Source: Marsupella aquatica (lineage: Eukaryota > Plantae > Marchantiophyta). From it: DNA of 64,000 nt. Positions 12,336 to 25,912 of the stretch are shown here, piece after piece. The position numbers were made by a program, and so were the translations under genes. Numbering within the stretch: the stretch's first letter is position 1; each line of letters starts with the position of its first letter. Location: the NCBI GenBank assembly GCA_973895155.1, contig OZ316896.1, positions 15,624,576 through 15,688,575 of the forward strand, given 5' to 3'. Under the pieces are notes generated by a model that was given only the letters and a program-made list of their open reading frames with translations, had not been told where the DNA came from and ran no database searches.

Positions 12336-13989
12336 TTGGGATATTTGCCAGCACGCTTTTACATTCACTTGGGTACAGTTCCTCTTCAACCAGTTCTCCA
12401 ATTTTGTTGCTGCCAGTGTAAAATCTACTCGACCTCAATTTGTACATCACAGTAAAACATGCCAAGTGTCATCTCAGGTATTTACTAGCAGCACATAGGC
12501 ACATATAAAAGTTCCGGAACGTTCGGGGGCATGGCACCCAATTCTTACAGTCCAGCCTTTGAAGATTTTTTTAATATTGTTCCTGATCAAGCAGAGCCTG
12601 AGTTGATTAAACACCGATGTGACCATGAAGGTTTCTTTGGTGTGGACCTAAGCTCATACCACCAAATAAGAACTCTGAACTGAAAGTGGCAGGACGTTGA
12701 AGTTCTGGTCATACAAGATCTCATCACAGACAAAGCTGCCTCCTTCCTCGTAAATCCATTTATGTCCAACTTTCTGACCAGGCTATGAATTGCAATGTTT
12801 TAGAGGTCTTCATGATGGTAGGGCAGCACGCTGATGTGATGCCAACTTTATAACAGTAGGTTGTTACGGAAGATTTAGCAGTATCAAATTTTGGAGCCTC
12901 TTGTAAATACCGCACATGTCGATACATGACACAGGAGGTACGCGTTTTGCGCAGTGTCTAGCAAAAAGTCGTAATTGTGATTATAGGACTGGACAGGCGA
13001 TGATATATTTACTCGTTGGGTCGATCCGATCTTAAGAGGCATTTGCTACTTTTAAAAGATTACTGATAGTGGCAGCATTTACACGACTTCCCTGTGTAGC
13101 TAGTTAGCTCGAATCAAAAAATAAATTGCCGTATTGAAGGTCAATAACGATTTTGGTCTCAACTTGTATGGGACAGTGATCTGTTTTTCTTTGTGATGTT
13201 ATTGTGATGAGGTGCTCCTTTGTCTATGACTAGGCTGACCTCGACTAGGCTGACCTGGACTTACTTGGTGGGAGTGGATGCCATCAAAGTGAGATGAGAA
13301 TTCTGTACGAGATTAATTTGGGTGGTTAGTCTTTGAAGTGGACAGAGGATTTAAGGGTTAGTTCCTCTGCCTACTAGCCACCCCCAAATGAGACAGTTGA
13401 ACGATATTTTTATCAATTTACTATACAGAACATACTCAAAATAGGTTTTCTGTTTTCACTATCCATTTTTTTCCAGCTTGTGCCAATGTTCTCTCTTGAT
13501 AACCTCTTCTAGAGAATTTTGGTATAGTTGGGCATTCTTTAGAATTTTTTTAGCACTCTCCCAGCACCTATATTGGTCTGAGAGTGGGCAAAAACTGTTT
13601 TGAAAATGCTAAGCATTTATCTAAGTCTAGATTTATGATTGTAATCGCAGTTAGGGTAAACTTTAGTTGCGGACTTAGGTTAGTCAAAGTGCACATTGTA
13701 ATCCAAATGGTGTTTGCTTGGATAATGAGAACTGAGGTTCATTGTTATTGAACCCATTGACAGAAAAGAGAGATTTTGTATTGCGGACTGGACATGACCC
13801 ACAACTTAGAGTTGAGTCAAGTTCTAGTGTGTTCATGTGGATGTAATTTTAGTTGAGATGAATCACGAATATCTTTCTGTTGATTATTTATGCATTGGAT
13901 AATCTCAAATAATCCAATGAATATCATTTTTGTTCAACAGAAAAGTTAAGCACAAGAATTAAGGCTAATTTTGCACTCAAGATCATCCA

Positions 13990-14125
13990 TAATAAGTTTT
14001 TGTGTGTCCTTTTGCCCACTTTTTTTGAGTTTGGTGTTTGTGCACTTTGGAGCTCGTTTGCTTTTAATACATTGTACTTTTTTCGCCCCATTTTTGTAAG
14101 TAAACGGAAGTACATTCACACTTTT
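13990..14125. repeat. Dispersed T-rich repeat, copy 1 (copy 2 at ~33475-33615)
   Basis: Both sites share TTTGCCCACTT..TGAGTTTGGTGTTTGT.CACTTTG.AGCTC...TTGTACTTTTTT...GAAGTACATTCA. Confidence 0.7.
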
Positions 14126-14384
14126 TGATAAAATAATTATGGTTCCACTAAAAAGGTAAGGGAATTGCAACATTGCCTATAGTCCCTTGGATTGATTCAC
14201 TCACTAGATCTCACGATAGAATATTTGTAGAGCACACGTGAACCTTTTCTATCTACAACTACAATAAGTGATCCTGCCTTTGATCTCGCCTTTCTTTGTC
14301 CTTTGGTCCTGTTACGAAATCCAAACTTGGCGGGAATCAAAACTGATCGATAGATATTCAAGAGTATTATCGTATCTGTTTGAT

Positions 14385-14745
14385 TAGCGCTTGCCCTCTC
14401 TGGCAAGGTCTCCCATGCTCGTGCCTTCATTATGGACCCCCCTCGCGATATATGTATGTGGGCATCAATGCTTGCAATGCCTTGGCGGCCCTCATGATGC
14501 CTTGCCATCCCCTCGGTCCATGCCCTGCCTTGCCCTGACCCTCTGCCTTGCCGTCCCCTCGGTCCCAATGCGCTCGCCCCTGTCTCTCGCCCTCCCCTTG
14601 GTCCACGCCCTGCCTTGCCCTGCTGCCCTTGCCCTGAACCCTCTGCCTCGCCCTCCCCTCGGTCCCGATGTGCTCGCCCTTGCCTCTCGCCCCCCGGCCC
14701 GACTCCCTAAGGGCTGGCCCTCATTGCGTCGTGCCACGCACGGGC
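14385..14745. repeat. GC-rich low-complexity pyrimidine repeat (CCCTGCCTTGCCC / CCCCTCGGTCC units)
   Basis: Many imperfect copies are visible, and the overlapping ORFs are low-complexity. Confidence 0.7.
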
Positions 14746-15475
14746 ATATGGTTCGTCCTCTATGAAATGTATTTGTTGTTCATTCCACAATCCTTGGCAC
14801 ATGGTTTTGCCACATCAATAGTTAAGGCCACAAACACGAATGACAATGTTTACAAGAAAAAAATTGATTATTTGTGTTTGTTGTAATGTCAGCAATAAAT
14901 GGTAATAGTACAAATTTAAGAAAATTTGGCATGTAAATTACCCTGTTGTAAGCAATTTATTTACTTTATGAATGATATAAGAAATCATTTCTTCATATTT
15001 GATTGATTTACTTTAAAAGAACAAGAATGACAAACTCTAGCTAGATCCACATTGGCTAATAAAGAGTACAGTGCACTTTTGTCCCAAGAAAAGTTATATG
15101 TCATCAGAAAATGAGATCAAATAGTGATAATTAATGAATACTATAAGCACTTTCAATTGACAGTACTTCTAATTAGTTTGTTTTTGTTTATGCTATTGGG
15201 TATCTTGGCATCCTAAGATGCATCACAAGAGCTTTCTGGTCATATTTTTGTTGTATCAACCTAGTTTGGTGATTTTTCTTCCATTGCTTCGTAGCTTGGG
15301 GATCTAATTAGTACATAAATCTGATCTTCCTAACAAGTAGGAAAGCATAGATAGTAGGGGGGGCCCACTTAGTCTTGTGGTTTGACTCTATTGACCCCCT
15401 TTAGTAAAGTGGGGAACATAGTTAAGCCTTGCAATAAAACTGCTCCCACTTCCCCAAACAAGAGTTACAAACTGT

Positions 15476-16771
15476 GCATGTTCTTCCAAAATGACCAAAA
15501 ATCATGTTAACGCCACCAGATTGCCCCGAATAAAATTAAAGGTCTCCATGCCTGAGAGGAGGGGGAGGGGCAAGGGCCCTCCTACTTTTGTACGCTTTAA
15601 TACTTGTTAACAGACTAGTTTCAGAAGAAATGGTTTGAAGAAATTTCAGAAATACCCTTCACAGAAATAATACTTGTTATTTTTCTTCAAAGGAATGCTT
15701 CCTGGCTCTTAGATAATGTCATCCCAAAAGCCATAAATTCATCGATATCTCTTCTCTCTGCGATGAAGATTTCACTCATTCGATGTGAGGAGACAACATT
15801 TCTCTCACTGGATGACAGACCCACCAATCAAGCACACGCCGTGCCAGATCAATCGCCTCAGTCTGCAGTAAAGAAAGGAGATAGTGAGTCGACGGTGATC
15901 GATCGAGAGAATGATGCACTTGCAAGCATCCATTGAAGGACCGGACTTGTCATCATGGTTAAATTCCTGAGTCTTGCGACATTGAGAGCTGCTGCATTTG
16001 CGTGTTTCATCACATTCATCTGTCTCAACGAACTTGTCATGGTCAATCTCTGCCCTCGCCTCGACAGTCATCAACTCAGCACCCACCATACCGTCAATAA
16101 GCATGGATATTGACAGCTCTTTCTCCTTCGAGGGACTAGAGAGGGATTGACATCGGTCCGGGTGTACAATAATAATAATGCTGTAGGCTTAGCGAACCAA
16201 GGAAAGCTCTGCGAAGGATCAGGGAGGGCATTGATCGACTGACCTTTCACTGCTGCTACAGTAGCTGTCTTCCGAGACTGTAGAAATTGTAGACTAGTCA
16301 ATGTATTGCACCCGAGCGACAAGTTGACGGGGGACCACCAAGCACGACGCTGTCTCCGTGAGCACTGGCGCAGAGACAAACTTGAGGGTTCTACCGTCGT
16401 TTCTGATTATTCTTCGTCTGCGTTGGAACGCTGCCCCTACTTTGAGAACAAAACATTCACGGCTCGGAGTTTGAGAAGTGAAAACAAATTGATTCGGATT
16501 CGGAGTTTTGGAGTTAGAACCGGGGTGCGGGTCGATTCGGATACAGTATAAGGTGCCGAATTACTAGTCAACTGTGATTGACGACTTGGAAGTCCTCGCG
16601 CGCGCATGAATGTCCTAGCTTTCGACGTGCTTGGATCTGATCTAGTGAGGATGCCCGCGTCAGTCGTATGGGGTACGACGAATGTGGCTTTTCCTGACAA
16701 GAATCGGATTTTAGATAGATTTGCGGTCGTGGTACTGGAAGAGCGAGGCTGTCGTTATGTCAAACTGGATG
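15476..16771 (+). promoter_or_regulatory. Upstream/promoter and 5' leader of PIG-O, duplicated at 44104-45445
   Basis: Lies immediately 5' of the PIG-O ATG and is colinear with 44104-45445. Confidence 0.7.
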
Positions 16772-19700
16772 GCAAGTTCCTTGGCTTGTCGCTCCCTCAG
16801 CCTGTTCGTGTTCTTGTTGACCCTGGATGGAACGGCGATCTTCTTCTTTACGCGTGGGTTTCTCCTGACCAGGACCGAGCTCTCCGAGTTCAGTAATTGC
16901 TCTGATATAGCTCAGTGCCCATCCTCCTGTTTTGAACGCCGTCTTCACTATCTGAATCCCAAGCACCTGGTAAAGAAGGTCCCGAATGCTGAAAGTATCC
17001 TTGAAGCTTCAAACCCGGAGAGCAGGTTGGACGATGGAGAGCTTGAAGAAAGAATTGATGAGGACAATGATCGGAAATGCTGGACGAGGCCGGCGATCAA
17101 GAAAGCTGTTATTCTCATTATCGATGCTCTGAGGTTTGCGGTCGTCACTTTTTTGATTGTGTCAGTTGTTTAGAGACTTTCCCTTGCATTGGATTGAAAC
17201 AAGTGCTATCAGCATAAAACATCATAGATTGCACTTTTAGGCAGGTGGCTGCTTTAACTAGGTTAACGAGATGCCAGTTCGATTTCCATTTCATTGGTTC
17301 ACTTTAATCCTTAGTTTGCTTTCTATCCTGGGTGTAGGGGTTTGATATTTGCATCGAAATCGCTCAAACAATGGGCAAGTTTATGAAGAGATTCAAATGA
17401 TTAATTTAATGTCGTCACTGCCTCGACTGCAGCCTGATAGCATGTAATTAATGGCAGGTTTGACTTTGTTGCACATAGCCGGAACTTTCCAGGAGGTGAG
17501 TAATTATCAAAGATACCGAAAATTGCTTAGATTCTGAGCAGCTAGTTTGTGATCAATACACGAACTCTCGCTTGGGAGGCAACGCAGCCATTTTAGAAGG
17601 GGAACAGCAGCTACAAGAGAAGTGAAGAATGTGGAAGAAAATAATAGCATGATTTATCCAGATGCCGTATGATTGATTGCTTCAGGTCGTTCCCGCAGCC
17701 ACCAAAGGCACCCGCAGCCACCAAAGGCACATTACTTCATGAATATCTACGACTGAATGCTCTGTAGTAGCTGACCTCTGTATGCTGTAGAGTAGCTCCT
17801 ATAAATATGCGTTTTCATGCTGGGGTGTAACAGCAGGTGAGACTGAAGCCCTTAATCATTCCTCGGAACACGGCCATCATGCATTCGAACCTTGATGCGA
17901 CCTGTATCCATTTTGAGACCGAAAAGAACTCTGCCGGCTCATATTCAAATGCTTTATCAAGATTTAGTCACTGCAAGAGGTCTTGCTTAGCTGACAGTTT
18001 TGACTGTGAATTTTAGAGCGAAAGCCATGGATGAACAGACTGCATGTCTTACAGCATAATGTGGAAGAGCAAAACAGGACTGCCCGGATATTTAAATTCA
18101 TTGCAGATCCGCCAACCACCACACTTCAGAGACTGAAGGTGAGATAAAGTGTGTTGCTATTTTCTCTTCGTTGTTCTAGTTAGTCTTTTGTGCCTATGAG
18201 TAATCCATAAAAGCTTCTACAATCGGTGTAAATGCTTTGTCATTTTATCGTCCAGACTGAGTCCCTTCAGACTAGAGCACTCTAGATAGTTTGTTGGACA
18301 GGAAACACAGGCACCCAAACACTGAGGTAATGTAAACTTACTGGATTTTGCGATTGGGGAGTACAGGGTCTGACAACTGGTGGTCTACCTACCTTCATTG
18401 ACATTGGCCACAGTTTTGGAGCGCCAGCTATTGTCGAAGACAACCTAATTTTGCAGGTGACACTCGAAAATATCGTTAGCTCCCTCATGCCTCCATTTCA
18501 CCACTGCAAGAGCAGTTTGTCAGAGCTCGTGATGACGAACTTTAATTGGGCAAACAGTAGTATATGTTAATAATTATCTAACCCTTGCATCCCATTAGAC
18601 CTGTTTGATTCATCCACACTCCTACAAATTCCATAAAAATCAAGCTTCAGATAAGTCTCAAATTGTGGGATCTATATTTGCTTAATATTGTTTGTGCAGT
18701 TAGCCAGAACAGGGAAGAAAGTCATTATGATGGGTGACGACACTTGGATGCAACTGTTCCCCACCCAATTTGTGGAGGCATATCCTTTCCCGTCATTCAA
18801 CGTCAAAGACCTCCACACGGTATGCGCTCATCAGAATTCTTATACTTCAAAATCTTCACAGGACACTTCAGCGTTGAGATATCATCGGTTTTTGTCGAAA
18901 ACATCCACTCGCGGTAGATAGAACGATTAATATAAAACCTAGGATTTTCAGCTTACAGTCTTACCGATTCTAATGCCTGTCAGAACATCGCTTTTATTTT
19001 AAAAACCTCTACACTATCAACTGTACTGTGTCTTCTGTTAATGTTATATGACCGAGAGAGTGGGTGTTCTTTGAGAATCTTACCGGCTGTTCTCGTTGAA
19101 AAACATGTCCTCAATTGTACCTTAAGTTAATTCATATTCTTGTTCTCAGGGATGACAATCAAAGCAGTGGGTGTCTTCACATTCGCGTGTGACAAACGTG
19201 GAATCTCTGATTTGGCAGGTCGACGATGGTGTAATACGAGAACTTTTTCCTGCGCTACATCGAAACGATTGGGATGTGCTCATTGCACACTTTCTCGGCG
19301 TGGTACTTTCCTTGTTTACCAGGCATGATGTTCAACTAGCCTTGTTTCTTTCCTCGTAGCACATCTCGTTTCGGACACTTGCCTGTACTGGGTTGACGGT
19401 CACTCATTTCTGGTGGCCTATACGTTTCCTTGAGCTAATCATTCAACGATAAGGTTAGAGACTCAGAATGCATGTCTTGGCGTTTCTGTTCATAGTCAAC
19501 CTGCATCAACCACGAAGAACGGTTGAAACCTGAAAACATATATTATTCATCTCTTGGCAATCCTGCGCGCGGAAACACTGCTGAGAAGTAACACTGTCAC
19601 ATCTATCTGAAAGACTGCACTTTTAAACAGACTCTTATTTTCCGAGTCTGCTCCATGCTGTGAATTTTTGTGTAAATTACAGGACCATGTAGGTCATATC

Positions 19701-22700
19701 TTTGGCGTCGAGTCTCCTTTGATGCCCGAAAAGCTGGATCAGTACAACAAAGTCATCGAGGTAAATGTTATGCTTGATTTTTGCTTTATGCATGCGTGTG
19801 GTATCAAAGCAAGGATTCTTGCGCATGTTTATTCCGTCGTGATCAACCTTTGTCATTACTTCCGGCTTTAGTCTGTCATGCTCTATAAAGAGGCTTTTGG
19901 ATGAGTTACTGGTGTTCATTGAACCGGAGATGTAGTCAATTAGCACGTGCACCTCACGGATGCAGGATGTAGTGGAAATATTGCGAAATATGTCAAAACC
20001 TGGTGGTGTATTTGAAGATGCATTATTAATTGTGATGGGAGATCACGGGCAAACTTTGAACGGAGATCATGGTGGAGGCACTCCTGAAGAGGTCCGTTCC
20101 TTCCTGAAGTCATTTTTCTGACTTCTTTTGTCCAATTGATAGATTTTGAGATTATATTAATGTTCTATTCATGAGCCAAAGATGCTGAGCTACGGAAGTG
20201 GCAATAAAATCTGGTTATTCTACATACACTCTAATATTTTTACCCTAATATTTTGTGTTGGTCGTACTTATTCAACTGGAGTCAGTTTTATTAGGAAATT
20301 CAAAATTCAAATTCTCGTCCACCTTTGTTTATGGGAGTGCTCTGCACAAGCAGGCAATTACTCACAGCTGTCCCAAATATCTGGCTGACTAATAGTGATC
20401 TATCCTTTTGTCGCCACGGTATTTCTTAGCGTTGCTCGGTTACAGGTGTGCCGAAACAGAAAACGTTGACGGTTATGCGAAAAGGAATTCATAGAATTGG
20501 CCCAAAGCTGTAAATCTTTTGGTTGGCTATACGGATGAAAACACGAAGTAGATTCTTACTAAACATCTGGGCTGTAGTATTCACGGAGCAGGTTTGATTG
20601 TACAGGTGGAGACTGCTCTTTTTGCTATGAGTACTCATGACTTGCGAAGCTCACTTCTTCCCAATACGTTCCCTTCTTCATGTGACTTGGTAATTACCAA
20701 ATCAATGAAGTTCAGTATGCAGCATACTTCCTCTTTGTGCTTACGGTTGAATGACGTTGCTTAATAATCATGTTAAAAGTAGAACTCATGGAACATTCTC
20801 CTTTGTTAGCAACGCTGCTCGGAAGTTTGAGGGTTGCTAAGTTTTTGTTTTCATGCAAATAGTAAGAGCTTTGTTGTCGGTAAGGCAGAATATGACCTTC
20901 CTCTGTTTGCCAAATTCGAACGATCTTTTGTCACAACGATTACAATCTCTCTCCCAAGTAGTGTGAAATTGAACATGTTCCTTTTTGTTCCAGGAAGATC
21001 CAGTCAATGGTTGCATCAGCACGTTCTCTCAGGTTAGTTAAATTCTGTGTAACTCAACAAATAATTAGAGAGGACTGAAACACTACTTTAATGTCAGCTC
21101 CTTTTGGAATATTGGTCAAAGCTGATTGTGGATGCTTGTTTCTGCAGTTGGATTTTTCAGTGACATTAGCAGCCCTTCTTGGTGTGCCTTTTCCGTTCGG
21201 AAGGTACAAAACTGCCTCTAAAATGCCTCCTGTGTACACAGCTGTCTATTCAAACGTAGGTGCTGCCACTTCGGAAGGGTCTGTGTCCCGTCTGGAAAGC
21301 TTTGACTTTTTATGTATCTAAGTCGTAGCATCTTTCGAATCCCTTATATTTAGTTTCCACAAGTTTGTCAACTGATTTTGAATACCTCAAGACTATTCTT
21401 GCAAGTACAGCACAATGTCAACACTGCCTTGTATTCTTGTGTAGTGTCGGACATGTGAACGCTGACCTCTATTCCCTAGTTTCTGGGAAGGGAGCCTCAA
21501 TCGATCAAAGCTCTAATAAGAAGGAAGTGCTTTTGGCATCTCTTGAGTGGATGGATCGATACCAGGAAGTTCTTTGTGTGAACAGCTGGCAGGTGAGACC
21601 CTACCGTCAGTTCTCCGCCCATAAATAGTGAGCACTCATTATTTTTGTCCATGCACATAGTTTATCGCATTAAATAATGCTCTTTTTTGTGATTACTGTA
21701 AGGAATCTCATTTGCAATGCATGTCTTATGGATTGTCTTCATCTTGAGTTCCGGTCATACGGGCGTCGTAGATTCTGCATACGATGGCAAAGTAAAATAT
21801 GTGCATGTCGCGCGCAGGTGAGACGATATTTTGAAGTCTATTCAAAATCTGCAATAACAGGGTTCCCGCCTCAGGATCTGGTACGCTTGGAGGATCTGTA
21901 TACCAAGGCTCAAATTGTACCAGATGAGATTACAGGTGTAGAGAACAGCTGGACGTCTGCAAAGGATGCCCAAGCGAGGGAGGATGTAATTTTAGGGGCC
22001 ATTTTAGCTGTGAGAGAGCGGATTGATGCCTATGGCCAATATCTGTCAGCTGCAGCCTCTCTGGCCCGCTCACAGTGGACTCAGTTTGGGATTGAGTGGA
22101 TGGTTGTGGGTTTCATACTCCTAATAGCTGGTTTAGTCAGTCGTGGGTTGGCCTTATACAACCTGTATCATAATAGCTCAACGGGTTTTGAGAATCTATT
22201 ACCCTCAAGGGTGATGCTCTTGGGTAGCCTATCCTGTGCGGGACTGACCGCTACCACAGTTATTCTCCAACCAATGCTTCAGAAAATATCCATTAACCTG
22301 ACTTTTAGTCACGCAATGGAGTCTCTTGGAGTAGTGTTTCTCATTGTCATCGTTGCAGCATTTTGGCGCGCTTATTACTGTACACCTTCTCAAGGCATGT
22401 TGTTTAAGGAAATCATCAATAAGTCAGATGATGTCCAAAAAGTCCACCGAAAGAAAGGACGGGGCAGTGCTGGTGCACTCCATCTAATGGACCTCAGAAC
22501 AGTGGCGACTTCTCTGTTGGTGGCGCTTCATTTATTCAGCCTTTTCTCAAATAGCTACATTGGCACGTTCTTCTTACCTTATCATTTCATGTCCACTTGT
22601 CATTCTGCTGTGACATGAATTATTTTGATTGTTTTATATATATTTCTGTCTGAGATAGCAAGTTGGGTGGTCTTTAAAGACGATCAGCCAGGGATTTATT

Positions 22701-25569
22701 CTGATAAGCAAGCTCTATTTTACAGAACTCGCGGGACTTTTGGAGGACCGCGAGGATATGCCAACATTTACCCGTCAATATCCTGACAGGTATTGATGCT
22801 TGATCTAATTTGGTCTTCTCTTTGCTGTGAGCAGTTGCCGAAGGACTGGTGATACATTTCCTCATTGGTTCTTCAGGCCTCCTTTATCTTCGTTCTGCTG
22901 TCCAGGCCCAGTCCAAACTTCTCCAGGTGAGATTGCTGCCTAATCTAATTGGCTGCTGTATGTACCGAACCCGCACAGATAATCAGTGAATGATGAAGGT
23001 CAACTCCCTTGGGATCCAGTGGATCAGAGAAAGATTGTCTGGAGGAAGTGATTGGCTCTCTGTGTTCTGGCTTTTGACTCTTTTCAAATCGATGTTGATA
23101 AGAGCAAGGGTCACCGAAAATTATCGCAACGTTATATGTTTCCAAGAAAAACTCCTAGATGTGCATTGGTATTACTTTGCAGTGTACTGACACAGAGTGT
23201 AGGCCCAGTGATGGTTTAAATGTATGTCTTGCTGGCATTCTACCTATTTGATGATATTTGAGCTACAATTTTTTGCAGGCTATTTGTTTCCTTGCGCTTA
23301 TCTGGATAATGCCAAAGATTCACACGCTTAATATCTTTAAGGGTGTTGTTTCTGGAGGGGGCAAAGGTGTAAATCAAGACGCAACGTCAGGTTTTATCCG
23401 TCAATCTATATTGACATGTACAACAATTATTGTACCTCTTGGCATTCTTTCATGGTTGCCAAACCTGAAGTCTAAGAAAAATCTTGTTTGGCGACTGGTC
23501 TCCATCGGAGTGGCGGTTACAAATTGTTTGATTGGCTGGCACTGGCTAGTGGCGGATCTTTCAAGTGGTGAACTTCTGAGCATCTCAGATACCTTGATAC
23601 AGTTCACTCGACTGCAACTTCCTCGCATAGTATATGCAACAAGTGCCTTGCTCATTTTGACTGCTGGTATAGCAGGCAAGCGCTGCAAAAGAGGAATGGA
23701 TGACAACAACGCTAACTACAGGGATTCTGTGGGTATGGAGAGCACTTCTCTGCTTGCTGGAGCTAGTGGAACTGTTATACTTCTCTTGGGAAGAAAGGGA
23801 CCTTTGCTAACACTGCTGGTTGTTCTAGAAGGTAGGTCCAATCTGTTTGAAAAACTGTTTTAGCATGAGGTTAATGTTCATGTCCTTTGCAATTATTTGT
23901 AGAGATCTTTCACGTTTTTATTCCGTTTCGGATGAAGAGGACAGTCGGAAGAATAATAGTGCCACTCGCTGCAGATATTCCGTTGTCCTCTAGGAGGTTT
24001 TTGGGATTGTTCAGTATCATTTGTAGCACATTCTGATCCCTTATGCCTTTTGGCTGTTGTACTTCCAGCATTTTCCATCCCGCCCACCTGTAGAACTAAA
24101 TTGCAAAGCTTGGAACTATTGATCTAACCCCGTTGACTTTTGCAGTTTGGATCTTCTTGAATCTTCAAAGTATGACGTCGTCATCTGGAATAAAAATAAG
24201 AGAGAACTATAATCCTGAAGCTGAGGATGAAACAAAGATGAAGTCATGCTTTAGAGCAACAGTTGACTGGAGTTTAATTTCCGCACAACTTTTCTTCTGT
24301 ACTGGACATAGGTCAGTGAGACGTTTTCTTCTCAGTTAATGAGATTCTTGTTAATTGGGGAGTTAATCTGTTAGGCGAGAGGGCAAGAGCTCTTTAACCG
24401 TTTTGCCTATACATATGATAGGCAGTCTGGCGTGATATCAGAGCAGCTTTATTCTGCTTAAGGAAGTCAAGGAGCCTGTCTGCTAGATACACCTTAAAAG
24501 ATTAGCACAACTGTACGTTCTTGTGTTAGAAATCGCAAGAAACCAACCAGCGTTCGTTTAAACACTGCAATGATAAGTTTTATTGGCCTTGGTTGCTGCA
24601 GCTCTGCATTTGATGGGCTTCATTACTCTGCAGCATTTATTGGGTGAGCATTACAAAACATCCCAACCAGAATATCTGAACGATGGAGCCCTTCGCGCTT
24701 AATTCTGAATATGTTTTGTCTGCAAGGTTCAATTTAAATGGCACAGCTACAAAATCTAATCTGGTTGCTGTGATTTGGCATGTTTCAGTTTTGATGATTT
24801 TGGATTCTTCCAACAGGGTGTGCTACTTGCCACAGAGACATTTGGGGCGTCCCATTTTTTTCTTGTTATGGGGCTTCCCCTCCTTGCGTTAGGAATCTTT
24901 GGTTCTCCTCGTGGACAAGAATATAAAGAAAGAGCTGTCATCTTAGCCATCTCAAAGGTTATATTCTCAGACTGTGATCTTATTCTTGCACCTATTGATT
25001 GGATATCAAGGTTCACTGATACCCTGGTATATAAAGAGTGGATAGACTTAGAGTCATCATAGTTGCTGCACCATCAATTCACATCAAGTAGTGATCATGC
25101 TCTTTGCTCTGTTTGTTGACATTCAACATTGCTGTCCAGGGTTACCTTTGGTTTAGCCTGCTGAAAGCTTTGGTCACGACGGTTACAACAGCAAGTGTTG
25201 GGATTCAGAGACGACACTTAATGGTCTTCCCTCATCACTCCTCGTTACTTTTTAAATCACTGGGCTTCACGTGTTTTAAGCTGCACCTTAGCTCAAGATT
25301 TAAGAGGGGCATGTCTTGAGTTCCAGTGAAGGTCTTCATTGGTCCCTTATCCTAGTTTCTGAGCTTAGCTGAGGTCGGGTTGACCTTCATCAATTGATAT
25401 TTTCAGTGTATGAATGGAAACTAAGTTGATTGATATGCTGCAGGTTTGGGGTATCTTCGCTCCCAAATATGTGTTTGACGCTGTCGGGGTTCTACTTGTG
25501 GACGTCTTGATTATCTTATCGGCATTACTTTACTTCAGTCGTCATGGAAGAACGCCGCAGAAAGGCTAA
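16757..25569 (+). CDS. PIGO: GPI ethanolamine phosphate transferase 3 (PIG-O/GPI13-like); ~20 exons
   Basis: Exons 16757-17133, 17458-17495, 18017-18138, 18367-18456, 18700-18819, 19219-19302, 19683-19760, 19966-20091, 20606-20689, 20994-21032, 21148-21203, 21445-21592, 21818-22562, 22835-22926, 23279-23831, 24146-24311, 24602-24643, 24789-24957, 25140-25223, 25444-25569. Hallmark motifs: [90 protein letters not shown]. The C-terminal half has many transmembrane segments. Confidence 0.95.
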
Positions 25570-25658
25570 GAAAGCAGCAACGTTAACTCCCAAGTAGGGT
25601 TTTCTTTAGTCTAAAGCGACGGCAACATTAGTGTTTTCTCAGTGAAGGGCATTCCATG

Positions 25659-25847
25659 AAGCATTTGCGGAAAAAGGTAATTGGAGAACTTCGGCCGCGC
25701 AGGCCGCCTGCGGTCAAGTCCAGCTTCAGACCCTTTGGCTCATCTGGACCAAGGCATGTCACGCCGATAAAGTTGCAGATATTGATGTCGTGCGGCCCTC
25801 TGAAGTCCCAATTTCTCAGGTACCCAAGTGGATCCACAAAAGCGAAT
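25659..25847 (-). pseudogene. Inverted fragment of exon 1 of the LRR gene (47149-47328)
   Basis: Encodes DPLGYLRNWDFRGPHDINICNFIGVTCLGPDEPK... and is near-identical to 47149-47328, with the first ~80 nt identical, a few substitutions and one 3-nt gap. Confidence 0.9.
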
Positions 25848-25912
25848 TTGCGAAGCTTTCCTTGAACTGGTTCTTTACATGGAATCTGGTGAATCCAACA
25901 CGAATGCCATAT

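Noticed and set aside
15805-16104. 99-aa minus-strand ORF upstream of PIG-O
   Set aside because: The frame is not preserved in the duplicate at 44.3-44.7 kb, and no domain was recognised.
17693-17730. 19-bp tandem duplication in PIG-O intron 2
   Set aside because: An ordinary slippage duplication with no evidence of function.
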